Below, piece by piece: positions 18,174 to 27,767 of a stretch of DNA of 64,000 nt. The notes beneath the pieces are model-generated. The model was not told the DNA's origin and searched no databases. It saw only the letters and a list, made by a program, of their open reading frames with translations. The translations under genes were made by a program, and so were the position numbers. Position 1 is the stretch's first letter, and every line of letters starts with the position of its first letter. Where the stretch lies: positions 47,860-111,859 of the forward strand of contig JAVZHX010000003.1 in assembly GCA_038871515.1 (NCBI GenBank), read 5' to 3'. Source of the DNA: Candidatus Micrarchaeia archaeon. GTDB lineage: Archaea > Micrarchaeota > Micrarchaeia > Burarchaeales > Fermentimicrarchaeaceae.

Positions 18174-19280
18174 ATGAGTGATTCTATGAAAGAGATAAGG
18201 GAAGGAAAAGCAAAGCTGTTTATCTCGGATAAGGTTTTCTTCAACCCAAAGATGGAGCTTTGCAGAGATGTTTCAAGCCTGGCAGTTGGCGCTTACTGCG
18301 AGGAAGCTGGGGGAATAAGGGTGGTTGATGGGTTATGCGGAAGCGGGGCGAGAGGGGTGAGGTATGCAAAGGAGAATGAAATTGGTGAGGTGCAGTTTGT
18401 AGATGTGGAGGAGGAGGCGTGCAAGCTTGCAGAAAGGAATGCAAAGCTGAATGGTTTAAAAAATTACCGAGTTCACTGCTCCCATATAAATGACTTTCTT
18501 TTCCACAACAGGGAGTTTGGTTGGGTGGAGATAGACCCGTTTGGAACGCCAATTGGGTATTTGCATGCAGCAATGACTTCTTTCAGAAAAGGAGGGGTGC
18601 TTTCTGTCACTGCAACGGATACGGCAGTTCTCTGCGGTGCGCATTCAAAAGCATGTCTGAAAATTTATGGAGCTGCTCCAATTGATAATGAGTACTGCCA
18701 TGAGATTGGTTTAAGAATACTTGCGGGTGTGATTGTCAGGTTTGCATCAAGCATGAACTTCAAAAGTGAGTTTCTTCTTTCAATGTCAGCGCAGCATTAC
18801 TTCAAGTTGTTTGTTAAATTAAAGTTGGGGGCAGAGGGAGCTGTGGAGAGCATTAAAGAATTGGGGTATATTTCACACTGTCCTAAATGCTTGAACAGGG
18901 AGTGGAGGTTCAATCCACCTGTTTTGAAGGAGAGCTGTCCTCTCTGTGGTGGGAAGTTTCAGCATGCAGGTCCTCTGTTTCTTGGTGAGCTTTGGGATGC
19001 GGAATTCATAAGCAGAATGAGAAAGCTGAATATGGAGAGGGAGTATTCAAACAAATGGAAAATTGATGAATTGCTTGAGCTTATGGAGGAGGAAGCGGGG
19101 ATGCCTCCCACGTATTTTGATTTGCACAAGCTTGCGGAGAAATTGAGGAAATCATCTCCTAATTTTGAAAGTTTTATTAAAAAAGTGAAAGAGATAGGTT
19201 ATGGAGTTTCAAGGACGCATTTCAAAAGAAATTCAATAAGGACAGATGCAACGGTGAGAGAGCTTTCATCTATTTTTTAA
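18174..19280 (+). CDS. trm1: tRNA (guanine26-N2)-dimethyltransferase
   Basis: VFFNPKM..RD, SGARGVRY, IDPFGTP, TATDTAVLCG, RTHF. Confidence 0.95.
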   Translation: MSDSMKEIREGKAKLFISDKVFFNPKMELCRDVSSLAVGAYCEEAGGIRVVDGLCGSGARGVRYAKENEIGEVQFVDVEEEACKLAERNAKLNGLKNYRVHCSHINDFLFHNREFGWVEIDPFGTPIGYLHAAMTSFRKGGVLSVTATDTAVLCGAHSKACLKIYGAAPIDNEYCHEIGLRILAGVIVRFASSMNFKSEFLLSMSAQHYFKLFVKLKLGAEGAVESIKELGYISHCPKCLNREWRFNPPVLKESCPLCGGKFQHAGPLFLGELWDAEFISRMRKLNMEREYSNKWKIDELLELMEEEAGMPPTYFDLHKLAEKLRKSSPNFESFIKKVKEIGYGVSRTHFKRNSIRTDATVRELSSIF

Positions 19281-20597
19281 TTTTAAGCCAATCATAACGT
19301 CATTCAGATTCGTTCCAGTTGCTCCTGTTATTATGCAATCTCCAAGTATTCTGAAAAAGTTGTATGTATCATTATTTTTCTGAAAAACTTCTGCATCCAC
19401 CCCAAGCTCTTTTGATTTGCTTATTGTTAACCCATCAACCACTGCTCCGGCTGCTGGTGAGTTCCCGTCTACTCCGTCAGTCCCAAAAGAAGCAAAAAGC
19501 AATTCAGAAAAACCCGCTATTGCGAGAGCACAGCTCAAGGCAACTTCCTGATTTCTTCCTCCAGCTCCTTTGCCGGTGACTTTAACGGTTGTTTCCCCTC
19601 CTGCAACAAAGCTTCCTTTTTTTAGAATGCAGGCAAGTTTCCTTCCAGCTTCCCTTGCATCTCCTTTTATGTTTTGGATTAACCTGTGCTTCACCCCAAG
19701 AGAGTTCAGGAAGCTGCTTGCTGAGAGAAGGGCTGTTCTGTTGTTTCCAATTATGAAGCTGTGAACTTTTTTGAAAATTCTGTTATTTCTCTTTGGGGTT
19801 TCCTCAACCAACCCTCTCACTCCTTTCTCAATAATCCTGCATGGCAGGGAGGTATCCCAGAGTTTGTATTTGAGAAGCACTCTTTTTGCATCTGAGAAAG
19901 TTGTGGTGTCAGGCACGGTTGGTCCTGAGGAGATGACGTCAAGCGGGTCGCCAATCACGTCTGAGAGGATGAGGTTGATGATTGTTGCTGGGTGGAGTTT
20001 TTCTGCAAGCCTTCCTCCTTTCACTTGGGAGAGGTGCTTTCTCACGCAGTTCAACTCATTTATATCCGCGCCTGCTTTCATTAATTTATCAACAATCAAC
20101 TGCTTCTCGTGAAGTTCAATTCCTTCAAGGGGGAGGGAAAGCATCGCTGAGCCTCCACCTGAGATGAGGCATATCACCAAATCATCTTCTTCAAGTGATT
20201 CCGCGTAACTTAAAATTTCAATTGTTCCTCTCAAGCTCCCTTCTTTAGCTATTGGGTGCTCTGCCTGGTTGAGCTTTATCCTTTTTGTTTTGAAGCGAGT
20301 TCCTTTCAGTATGTTCACAACTCCCCCTTCAATTGGGAGAATTTTTTCAATCTGCTCAGCCATGCGCCCGCTTGCCTTTCCCCAGCCGAGCACGTGGATG
20401 TGTTTGAAGTTTCTGAGAGGGAAAGTTTTGGTTTTCCTCTCAGTTTTTATTATAAGTTCATCTTCTTTCAGAATAAGTGCTTTTTCAATTAATCTGTCTG
20501 GTTGGATGGAGAGGAGGGTTTGCTCAATTGTATTAAGGAGAAGCTCCCTTCTTCTATCCCTGTAAAGTAGTTGGGTTCTGTTCTTTATGAAACTCAT
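19266..20597 (-). CDS. Glycerate 2-kinase (MOFRL/DUF4147)
   Basis: GKAS, LISGGGSA, SDVIGD, GGETTV, GGRNQE, TDGVDG, TGTNLND. Confidence 0.93.
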   Translation of the reverse strand: MSFIKNRTQLLYRDRRRELLLNTIEQTLLSIQPDRLIEKALILKEDELIIKTERKTKTFPLRNFKHIHVLGWGKASGRMAEQIEKILPIEGGVVNILKGTRFKTKRIKLNQAEHPIAKEGSLRGTIEILSYAESLEEDDLVICLISGGGSAMLSLPLEGIELHEKQLIVDKLMKAGADINELNCVRKHLSQVKGGRLAEKLHPATIINLILSDVIGDPLDVISSGPTVPDTTTFSDAKRVLLKYKLWDTSLPCRIIEKGVRGLVEETPKRNNRIFKKVHSFIIGNNRTALLSASSFLNSLGVKHRLIQNIKGDAREAGRKLACILKKGSFVAGGETTVKVTGKGAGGRNQEVALSCALAIAGFSELLFASFGTDGVDGNSPAAGAVVDGLTISKSKELGVDAEVFQKNNDTYNFFRILGDCIITGATGTNLNDVMIGLKLKNR

Positions 20598-20791
20598 ATC
20601 TTTATCAGCTTTGTATCGCAGATTGAGCAGTGAGGCGTTTTTATTATAACCCCTTTTCTGTCTGCGCATTTGGAGTGATAGAAGCTTTTGCATTTTGGGC
20701 ACATCATTGTTGCTCCGAAAAGCATTGTTGCGAATATGCCACCCACTCTGTCTTTGCAGATGAGGCATACCTCATCCAAAGCTACCACCAA
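20594..20791 (-). CDS. Small C4HC3 (PHD/RINGv-like) zinc-finger protein
   Basis: CLIC..CPKC-x4-H-x2-C..CSIC; ATGA overlap with glycerate kinase. Confidence 0.65.
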   Translation of the reverse strand: MVVALDEVCLICKDRVGGIFATMLFGATMMCPKCKSFYHSKCADRKGVIIKTPHCSICDTKLIKI

Positions 20792-20871
20792 ATCAGTTTC
20801 GTATTAAGTTGTATATTAACTTTCTGCTGGATGGGAATTGTTTTAATAATTTTTGATGAGATTAGGAATGC

Positions 20872-21975
20872 ATGGAAGTTTCAAAGAGAGTTGTTAAAAC
20901 GCTTCAGGAGCTTATTAGAATTGACAGCTCCAAGGGGATTCAGAGCATATCTGATTACGTTCAACGGGAGCTTGAGGAAGTTGGGTTAAAAGTAAGAAGA
21001 GATAGGGATGGAAATTTACTTTCCGAAATTGGGGAGGGAGAGGGGTTTCTGCTGAATGCACACCTGGACACGGTTAAAGCGGAGTGGGAAGGCGCATTCT
21101 CAGCAAGAATTGTTGGGGGGAGAGTTTATGGAAGAGGTGCGAGCGATTGTAAGGCAGGAGTTGCTACCATGATTGAAATAGCTCGGTTGCTGGAAGAGGA
21201 GAAGCTCAGCAACAGAGTTGTTTTCACATTCACTGGGAATGAGGAGGATAAACCGCTTGAGATGAACGGAGCGTATAAGCTCGCGAGAAAAATAAAAGCA
21301 AGAAGGGGGTTGGTGCTTGAGCCAACTGCCCGGGAGGATGGTTCAATTGGAATATCTGTGGGGTGCAGAGGAAGCTACAGGTTCAGAGTTGATGTGCTGG
21401 GAAAGAGCTGCCACAGCGCTCATCCTGAGAGAGGGGAGAATGCAATATACAACGCATTCAAGTTTATTGAAAGTTTCAGAAAGATGAAGAAGCCAGAGAG
21501 AAAGATACTGGGTGAGGAGGTTTCTGCAACCGCAAGTATAACACAGATTGAAGCAAAGGAAGGGGTGAATGTTATACCTGGGAAGTGCTCGTTGAGCATT
21601 GATTACAGAGCATTGCCAGAGGAGGATGAAAGAGAGATAGTGGAGAAGCTTGACAGAATCTGCAGAGGTTCTCTTGGAAAGAAGTATCGGTTGGAGAAGC
21701 TTAGTGGAATTCCCGGAGGAGTTTATAAAGAGAGGAGTTTCCTTGAGGAGTGCAGGAAAGCAGTTGAATCGGTTGGTTGCGTTCCAAGGGTTTATTTCAA
21801 GAAAACTAGAAACGACTCTGCAGTTTTTCAAAAACACGGAGGAATTGGTTGTTATGTGATGGGACCTGGGATAGAGGAGCAGGCGCATAAAGTGAATGAA
21901 TACTGCAGTGTAGATTGCCTGATGAGAACAACTGAGGCAGTGAGGAAGGTGGTGTGGAGGTATGCGGTTCAGTGA
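20872..21975 (+). CDS. M20 family metallopeptidase/deacylase (ArgE/DapE-like)
   Basis: NAHLDTV, GRGASDCK, NEE, HSAHP, QAHKVNE. Confidence 0.9.
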   Translation: MEVSKRVVKTLQELIRIDSSKGIQSISDYVQRELEEVGLKVRRDRDGNLLSEIGEGEGFLLNAHLDTVKAEWEGAFSARIVGGRVYGRGASDCKAGVATMIEIARLLEEEKLSNRVVFTFTGNEEDKPLEMNGAYKLARKIKARRGLVLEPTAREDGSIGISVGCRGSYRFRVDVLGKSCHSAHPERGENAIYNAFKFIESFRKMKKPERKILGEEVSATASITQIEAKEGVNVIPGKCSLSIDYRALPEEDEREIVEKLDRICRGSLGKKYRLEKLSGIPGGVYKERSFLEECRKAVESVGCVPRVYFKKTRNDSAVFQKHGGIGCYVMGPGIEEQAHKVNEYCSVDCLMRTTEAVRKVVWRYAVQ

Positions 21976-22724
21976 TAGGAGTGCTCCTCATCTGGGAAGC
22001 TTCCCTCCTCAACTTCTTTTTTAAATTGGGAGACTGCGTTTCTTATTATTTCAGCTAGACTTGCGTATCTTTTCACAAACTTTGGCTTGAAAGTATCATC
22101 CATTCCCAGTAAATCATTTATGACAAGCACCTGCCCGTCGCAGTATTTCCCTGCCCCAATTCCAATTGTTATTGTTTTGACATTTTCGGTAATTCTCTTT
22201 CCAAGTGATTCTGGTATGCATTCCAAAACAAGGGAGAATACTCCAAGTTTGTCAAGCGTTAATGCATCCCTGAATATCCTTTCTGCTTCCTCCCCATCCT
22301 TGCCAACAAGCTTGTGCTTCTCAGCTGTTTGAGGAAGCAAACCAAGGTGTCCCATAACAGGAATTCCATCTGAAAGAAGTGCTTTCACAACTTCCTCACA
22401 GCATCCCTCAACCTTCACTCCTTTTGCGCCTGCCTGAAGAAATTTTCTTGCGTTCTCAAGCGCAAGCTGTGGTGTCGAGTAGGAGTTAATTGGCATGTCT
22501 CCGATTATTGGTGTTTTCTTAGCTCCCCTTGCAACTGCTTTTGTGTGGTGAAGCATCTCCTGCATTGTAACTTCTTTTGTGGTTGGGTAGCCAAGCACAA
22601 CCATGCCTAAGCTGTCCCCTACGAGTATCAAATCAACTCCTGCTTCTTCAACAAGTTTCGCAGTTTGGTAGTCGTATGCTGTGAGCATTACAACTTTCTT
22701 CTTACCTTTCATTCCTTCCAGCAT
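21969..22724 (-). CDS. panB: 3-methyl-2-oxobutanoate hydroxymethyltransferase
   Basis: MLTAYD, LVGDSLGM, GDMP, MGHLGLLPQ, IGIGAG..DGQVLV. Confidence 0.96.
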   Translation of the reverse strand: MLEGMKGKKKVVMLTAYDYQTAKLVEEAGVDLILVGDSLGMVVLGYPTTKEVTMQEMLHHTKAVARGAKKTPIIGDMPINSYSTPQLALENARKFLQAGAKGVKVEGCCEEVVKALLSDGIPVMGHLGLLPQTAEKHKLVGKDGEEAERIFRDALTLDKLGVFSLVLECIPESLGKRITENVKTITIGIGAGKYCDGQVLVINDLLGMDDTFKPKFVKRYASLAEIIRNAVSQFKKEVEEGSFPDEEHSYH

Positions 22725-23607
22725 GCTTCTCCTCCATAAACTTTATTAGAGAGACAATTGTGTCGTTGACAGGGGTGGGTATGCCGTGCTTTCTTCCCAG
22801 TTCAGAAACTTTGCCGTTGAGAAATTCAATTTCTGTTTTCCTTCCTTTCACCAAATCCTGATACATGGATGAGTAGTTCTGAAGAGTTGAAAGCTCTTCA
22901 TCTATTGATTTTCTCAAAGTTCTGTCAAACTCAACCCCCTCTGCTTTTGCAACGCGAATGCATTCATCCACAATTGCATCGCGAAGGTTTTCCAGAGAGG
23001 GAGCAACAACCTCATAGTCTCTTGCCTCAAGAATTGCTGAGAGTGGGTTGACGATGCAGTTCGCAACAAGCTTCCTCCAGGCATCCTTCTTCAGGTTATC
23101 AACAACCCTTGTTTCCAAACCACTTTCATTAAATAATTTTGCAATTCTCCTTCCAAGTTCTGTGTTTCCAAGTGTTACCCATCCTTTCATTATTGTTACT
23201 TCTCCTGGTTTTAGAAACTCTGCTCCAAAGTGAAGCACTCCTCTTTCAACGATGCATCTGTCCCCAACAACCGATTTAACAATCTCCTCGTTTCCAATTC
23301 CATTCTGAAGGATGAGGATTGTTGTGTCCTTTCTTAGAAGCTTAACAACTGGTTCAAGCGCTTTTTTTGAGTCATGAACTTTTGTTGTTAAGATGATTAA
23401 TGAATTTGGGGGTAGCTCCCTTATCGCAGTGTCTGCCTTTATGCGCAGCACTCCCTCCATCTCCCCTTTCACAACAAGCCCTTTTGCGTTTATCGCATCC
23501 GCATGCTCCTTTCTTGCAATCAGAGTTACATCGTTCTTTCCGCAAAGCCTTGCTCCGCAGGAGCTGCCAATAGCTCCTGCTCCTAAAATAAATATTCTGC
23601 TGAACAT
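22702..23607 (-). CDS. panE: Ketopantoate reductase
   Basis: GAGAIG, LQNGIG, WRKL..N, SSMYQD, TEIEFLNG. Confidence 0.93.
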   Translation of the reverse strand: MFSRIFILGAGAIGSSCGARLCGKNDVTLIARKEHADAINAKGLVVKGEMEGVLRIKADTAIRELPPNSLIILTTKVHDSKKALEPVVKLLRKDTTILILQNGIGNEEIVKSVVGDRCIVERGVLHFGAEFLKPGEVTIMKGWVTLGNTELGRRIAKLFNESGLETRVVDNLKKDAWRKLVANCIVNPLSAILEARDYEVVAPSLENLRDAIVDECIRVAKAEGVEFDRTLRKSIDEELSTLQNYSSMYQDLVKGRKTEIEFLNGKVSELGRKHGIPTPVNDTIVSLIKFMEEKHAGRNER

Positions 23608-23611
23608 TCAA

Positions 23612-23914
23612 TCACCTCGCTTTCAGCCAGGCTGAGATGAACTGCTCAACCCGCTTGATGTCTTCTCCTTTTGCTGTGAGGGAGTAAAAAACCCTTATTG
23701 GTTTTTTCTCAGCATCAACCCTTCTCCTCACAAGCCCCTGAGTCTCAAGGTGTTTCAACTTTGCTGAGAGGGTTTTTGGGTTGGCGTTGATGAGCTTTCT
23801 CAGCTCGTTGAAGCTCATCTCCTTCTTTTGAATGAGCTTTTCAACAATTATGCAGCCCCATCTGCTTCCAACAGCTTTGCAGAATTTCTCCATTGGGCAT
23901 GATTCAGGTTCCAT
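23612..23914 (-). CDS. HxlR-family winged-helix regulator
   Basis: CPME..W..I..FNEL..PKTLS.KLK.LE..GLV..YSLT.KG. Confidence 0.9.
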   Translation of the reverse strand: MEPESCPMEKFCKAVGSRWGCIIVEKLIQKKEMSFNELRKLINANPKTLSAKLKHLETQGLVRRRVDAEKKPIRVFYSLTAKGEDIKRVEQFISAWLKAR

Positions 23915-23945
23915 GTATAGAGTTGGTAAGGTTGTTTATATTAAT

Positions 23946-24566
23946 TTATTCAACAAGCCTGTATTTGACAACTTCCTGACATTCCTTCCTAAGCCCACTT
24001 ACCTCTGTGCAGGTTTTTCTTTTCACAACTGAGGTTGCGTAGCAGTAGCAGCCTGCAAACTTCTCATCCCAGTTCAGTTTGAGCTGTTGGCTGAAGCGGA
24101 TTGTTTTTGAGGAGCCAGCTCCAATGTAAACGGATTCATTTATCCCAATCTGCCTATTCTTGAACCACTTTCCTTTGGGGAGATACCGGTTGGGCGTGAT
24201 TTCAAACCCAGTGTAAATTATAAAGTTACTTCCAATTGTGTCAGTGTTTTTTATTGTGCACTCAGAGTTTGTCCAGCTCTGGTTCCAGCCAGATAGGTAG
24301 CATTCTCCCTCCTCTGTGTGAAGTAGATTTTCGTAGGTGCACTCCTCTGTTGTGTAGGGGACAATTATGCAGTATGGTTCTGTATACTGCTCTACTCTTC
24401 CGGGAGGTGGTTCAAGCAAGTATTCAGCCTGTGTTTCTTCTGGGGTTTCAACAACAGGTTGTTCTTGAAAGACGGTTTCTGTGGTTGTTGGGTGATAAAT
24501 GTAGAAGGTGAAAGCTGAGGCTAGAAAGGAAAGCAAAAGGAATGCTAAAACAACCCTTAGCTTCAA
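23946..24566 (-). CDS. Secreted or membrane-anchored Cys-rich protein
   Basis: N-terminal hydrophobic helix, Thr/Glu/Pro linker, multiple cysteines. Confidence 0.6.
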   Translation of the reverse strand: MKLRVVLAFLLLSFLASAFTFYIYHPTTTETVFQEQPVVETPEETQAEYLLEPPPGRVEQYTEPYCIIVPYTTEECTYENLLHTEEGECYLSGWNQSWTNSECTIKNTDTIGSNFIIYTGFEITPNRYLPKGKWFKNRQIGINESVYIGAGSSKTIRFSQQLKLNWDEKFAGCYCYATSVVKRKTCTEVSGLRKECQEVVKYRLVE

Positions 24567-24636
24567 TAACCCACCTCTTAAATATTGCTCATGGAGAGTA
24601 TATTAATCTAACCTTCCAATAGGTATAGGGGGTAGA

Positions 24637-25503
24637 ATGGAGGAGGAAGTAAAAAACAGAATACTTTTCAACCAGAGGAATGAGATAACTGAGCATTTAA
24701 TATACAAGAAGCTGGCTGAGCTGACAAAAGAGGGGAATAACAGAAGGCTTTTGGAGAGAATTTCCAAGGATGAACTTAGGCATTATGGAGTTTGGAAGAG
24801 GTATACTGGAAAGGAAGTTGAGCCGGACGGGTTGAAGGTGTGGTGGTATGTTCTTGTTTCAAGGGTGTTTGGTATAACGTTTGGTTTGAAGTTGATGGAG
24901 AAAGGGGAGGTGAATGCAGAGGTTGAGTATAAGGAGATAGGGAGGTTTGTGAGGGAGGCAAAAAGAATTGCAAAGGAGGAGGATGAGCACGAGAGGAAGT
25001 TATTGGGGATGATTGATGAGGAGAGGTTGAGGTATGTTGGCTCTGTTGTGCTTGGTTTGAACGATGCGCTTGTTGAGTTAACTGCCTCCCTTGCTGGCTT
25101 AACCCTTGCTTTGCAGAGGACGGATTTGGTTGGGATGGCTGGTTTGATAACTGGTATTGCAGCTTCATTTTCAATGGGCGCTTCTGAGTATCATTCAACG
25201 AAAACAGAGGAGGGGGAGAGGGAGCCGGTTAAAGCAGCTGTTTACACAACAATTGCTTATCTTCTAACAGTTCTTTTTCTCATTCTTCCTTATTTTGTGT
25301 TTAAGGAAATTTACACTGCGCTTGCTTTTACTGTTCTGAATGCGATAATTGTTATCTTTCTATTCACTTTCTATGTTTCTGTTGCAAAGGATGTGCCTTT
25401 TAAAAGAAGGTTTGTTGAGATGGCGTTGATAAGCTTGGGTGTTTCTGCTGTTACGTTTGGAATAGGTTTTTTGGTGAGAGTTGTTTTAAACATAGAGGTG
25501 TGA
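24637..25503 (+). CDS. Rubrerythrin-like domain plus VIT1/CCC1 iron transporter
   Basis: DELRH, EDEHE; LGLNDALVE, SMGASEY. Confidence 0.9.
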   Translation: MEEEVKNRILFNQRNEITEHLIYKKLAELTKEGNNRRLLERISKDELRHYGVWKRYTGKEVEPDGLKVWWYVLVSRVFGITFGLKLMEKGEVNAEVEYKEIGRFVREAKRIAKEEDEHERKLLGMIDEERLRYVGSVVLGLNDALVELTASLAGLTLALQRTDLVGMAGLITGIAASFSMGASEYHSTKTEEGEREPVKAAVYTTIAYLLTVLFLILPYFVFKEIYTALAFTVLNAIIVIFLFTFYVSVAKDVPFKRRFVEMALISLGVSAVTFGIGFLVRVVLNIEV

Positions 25504-25512
25504 GGTGAGAAA

Positions 25513-25791
25513 ATGATGTCAAAAATACCCATGGATATGGGAAAGATGAAAGAGAAGGAGGTGGATGTGGAGATACTGAGAGTGGGAGTGATTGCGGAGC
25601 TGGATGCGATAAACCTGTATGAGCAGATGGCAGGGATGACAAAGAATGAGAAAATAAGGAAGGTGTTGCTGGAAATAGCTAGAGAGGAAAAAACGCATGT
25701 CGGGGAGTTTCAGGCATTGCTTCTTGAGTTAGACAAGGAGCAGGTGAAGGAGTTGGAGAAAGGGAAGAAGGAGGTTGAGGAGCTGGGGTGA
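25513..25791 (+). CDS. Short ferritin-like (encapsulated-ferritin-type) protein
   Basis: AELDAINLYEQ..EEKTHVGEF. Confidence 0.88.
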   Translation: MMSKIPMDMGKMKEKEVDVEILRVGVIAELDAINLYEQMAGMTKNEKIRKVLLEIAREEKTHVGEFQALLLELDKEQVKELEKGKKEVEELG

Positions 25792-25919
25792 AAGGAGTGG
25801 CTGGGGAGGTGCTGTTTGGGCTGATTGCCCTCAAAAAAATGCTTGAGCCATTTAAATCAGATGGCGATCCTCCTTAGAAGAAAGAAATGTATTGCTACGA
25901 GAGAGTCGTTGAGCGAGAG

Positions 25920-26387
25920 TTATAAATCCTTCTCCATGGCTGCTTTCACAAATCTATCCTGTCCTGTCTGTTTGAGCCATTCCTCAACTGCAGCAACGTA
26001 TCTGTAGCCGTGTTTTTTGAAAATCTTCCACGATTCCTCTGAGCTTGGGAGGGTGGTTATGTGCTTTATCCCCATTCTCCTCAATTCATCGTCCATAACC
26101 TCAAGCAGTTTTGTGCCTATTCCCATTCCTTGAAATTTAGGGGAGACTGCGAAGCCGATGCCCTGTGCGTAGCCTGATTCGGTGTCAACTGCCCTTTCTA
26201 TCCCTCCAATCACCTGGTTGGTTTTCTTGTCAACTGCAACAAGGATGAGTTTTTTTCCTACTGAGTCTGAGGGGTTTTCAAACAGAACTTCCTTGTAGAG
26301 TTTGTATAGTGCTTTTCTGTCCGCTGGGGTGGCTTCCTTTATGAGAAAATTGGCTGATTCGTAGAGAATTTTGTTTTCGGCAATCAT
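25920..26387 (-). CDS. GNAT acetyltransferase
   Basis: AVSPKFQGMGIGTKLL; FKKHGY. Confidence 0.85.
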   Translation of the reverse strand: MIAENKILYESANFLIKEATPADRKALYKLYKEVLFENPSDSVGKKLILVAVDKKTNQVIGGIERAVDTESGYAQGIGFAVSPKFQGMGIGTKLLEVMDDELRRMGIKHITTLPSSEESWKIFKKHGYRYVAAVEEWLKQTGQDRFVKAAMEKDL

Positions 26388-26435
26388 AATTAGTTTGTGA
26401 ATTTTGAAGTATTTAAAGTGAGAGAGCGGTGGTTG

Positions 26436-26451
26436 TGTAACCATGGTCGCA
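26436..26451. repeat. Palindrome copy 1 (TGTAACCATGGTCGCA, 14/16)
   Basis: Matches the copies at 27728 and 29239. Confidence 0.75.
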
Positions 26452-26470
26452 TTTCTAATTTAATTAACCA

Positions 26471-26492
26471 AACATATACTTTTTTATATGTT
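26471..26492. promoter_or_regulatory. Putative operator AACATATA-N6-TATATGTT overlapping the TATA box of AbiE module 1
   Basis: Perfect 8-bp inverted repeat ending ~19 bp before the ATG at 26511. Confidence 0.6.
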
Positions 26493-26510
26493 ACGTTCAT
26501 TAATATAAAC

Positions 26511-27152
26511 ATGGAAATACCACTCTCGAAGAGACTTAGGAAGAGGGCACACCAGGAGGTTGCCCTGCTGCAGGACGAGCTTGTGGAGATGATGTACGCC
26601 GCATTCCAGCAGGAGAGACCAGTGCTCCACGGCGGGACAGCAATCTGGAGATGCTACAAAGGAAACAGGTTCTCTGAGGATTTGGATTTCTATGCCAGAG
26701 AAAAGAAGAATTTCAGAGAGCTGTTCTTCAGGGAAGCCGCGGCAAGAGGGTTGGAGGTAACAAAATACAAGCAAACCTCAAACGTGATCTTCGCGAAGGT
26801 GTCAAACGGCTCCGCAGAGGTGAGGCTTGAGATAAACACCACAAAGACAGTTAGCGGCATTGTTGCCGAATACGAAAAGGTGAATGGGTGGAGAATGGAT
26901 GTCCTCACTCTTTCCCCAGAAGAGCTGATAAGGGAGAAGATGTCTGCCTATGAAACAAGAAGGATGGCGAGGGATATTTACGATATTTATCATTTGAGCA
27001 GGTTTGTAGGAGAGGTGCGGGGGATGAGGGAGTTCCTGAGGAAAGCAAAACCACCTGTTGATGAGAAAAATTTGAGAGCGGTAGTTTACAGCGGAGTAGC
27101 GCCATCCTTCACCCAGATGGTTGAAGCGCTTTCAAGGAGGTTTTCAAAATGA
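26511..27152 (+). CDS. AbiEii/AbiGii nucleotidyltransferase toxin
   Basis: LHGGTAI..RFSEDLDF..EK..RDIYDI. Confidence 0.9.
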   Translation: MEIPLSKRLRKRAHQEVALLQDELVEMMYAAFQQERPVLHGGTAIWRCYKGNRFSEDLDFYAREKKNFRELFFREAAARGLEVTKYKQTSNVIFAKVSNGSAEVRLEINTTKTVSGIVAEYEKVNGWRMDVLTLSPEELIREKMSAYETRRMARDIYDIYHLSRFVGEVRGMREFLRKAKPPVDEKNLRAVVYSGVAPSFTQMVEALSRRFSK

Positions 27153-27727
27153 AGTATATGAAAAGCTTTATTGAGCATTTCTCATCTTTTCCTGTTTTCA
27201 CCGCAGTTGATGCAAAGATTTTTCTGACTGCGCAGGGAGCAAGCAAGGGGTATGTGTATCTGGCTATAACGAACCTTCTGAAAAGCGGGAGGTTGAGAAA
27301 GCTGAAGAGAGGTGTTTACACATTCAAGGATGATCCGATGCTTGCTGAGTTCGCCTTCTCTCCCTCCTACCATGGGTTGCAGGATGCGCTCTCCCTTCAT
27401 AACTTATGGGAGCAGGAAGCGAACACGATAATTATAACTCCCCGCAAGGTTAGGGTTGGTATGAGGCAGATGCTGGGTGGCAATGTTCTTGTGAGGAGGA
27501 TAAGCAGAAAGATGTTTTTTGGGTTTGAGAGCATGAGATATCATGATGTGTGGATAAATGTTTCGGATGTGGAGAAAACGTTGATAGATTTTGTTTATTT
27601 CAACGAGCCGCTTGATGAGCAAACTATTGGTGAGATTAAGGAGAGGGTGGATGAGGAAAAAATGGGGGAGTATTTGAGAAGGTGCCCAGAGAGAGTAAGA
27701 AAGGGTGTGGGGAGGATTCTTGGGTAA
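27149..27727 (+). CDS. AbiEi-like antitoxin (wHTH plus C-terminal domain)
   Basis: LRKLKRGVY, PSY..ALSLHNL, SDVEKTLID; ATGA overlap with the toxin. Confidence 0.85.
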   Translation: MKYMKSFIEHFSSFPVFTAVDAKIFLTAQGASKGYVYLAITNLLKSGRLRKLKRGVYTFKDDPMLAEFAFSPSYHGLQDALSLHNLWEQEANTIIITPRKVRVGMRQMLGGNVLVRRISRKMFFGFESMRYHDVWINVSDVEKTLIDFVYFNEPLDEQTIGEIKERVDEEKMGEYLRRCPERVRKGVGRILG

Positions 27728-27743
27728 TGTAACCATGGTTACA
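27728..27743. repeat. Perfect palindrome TGTAACCATGGTTACA, copy 2
   Basis: Begins on the base after the stop codon of 27149-27727. Confidence 0.9.
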
Positions 27744-27767
27744 AGTAGCCCTCTAGTTCATTTAAAC

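Noticed and set aside
20598..20768. N-terminal extension of glycerate kinase in the ORF track (similar over-extensions at 15640, 18066, 18244, 26397, 61338)
   Set aside because: They overlap neighbouring genes or promoters; downstream ATGs fit homology and translational coupling.
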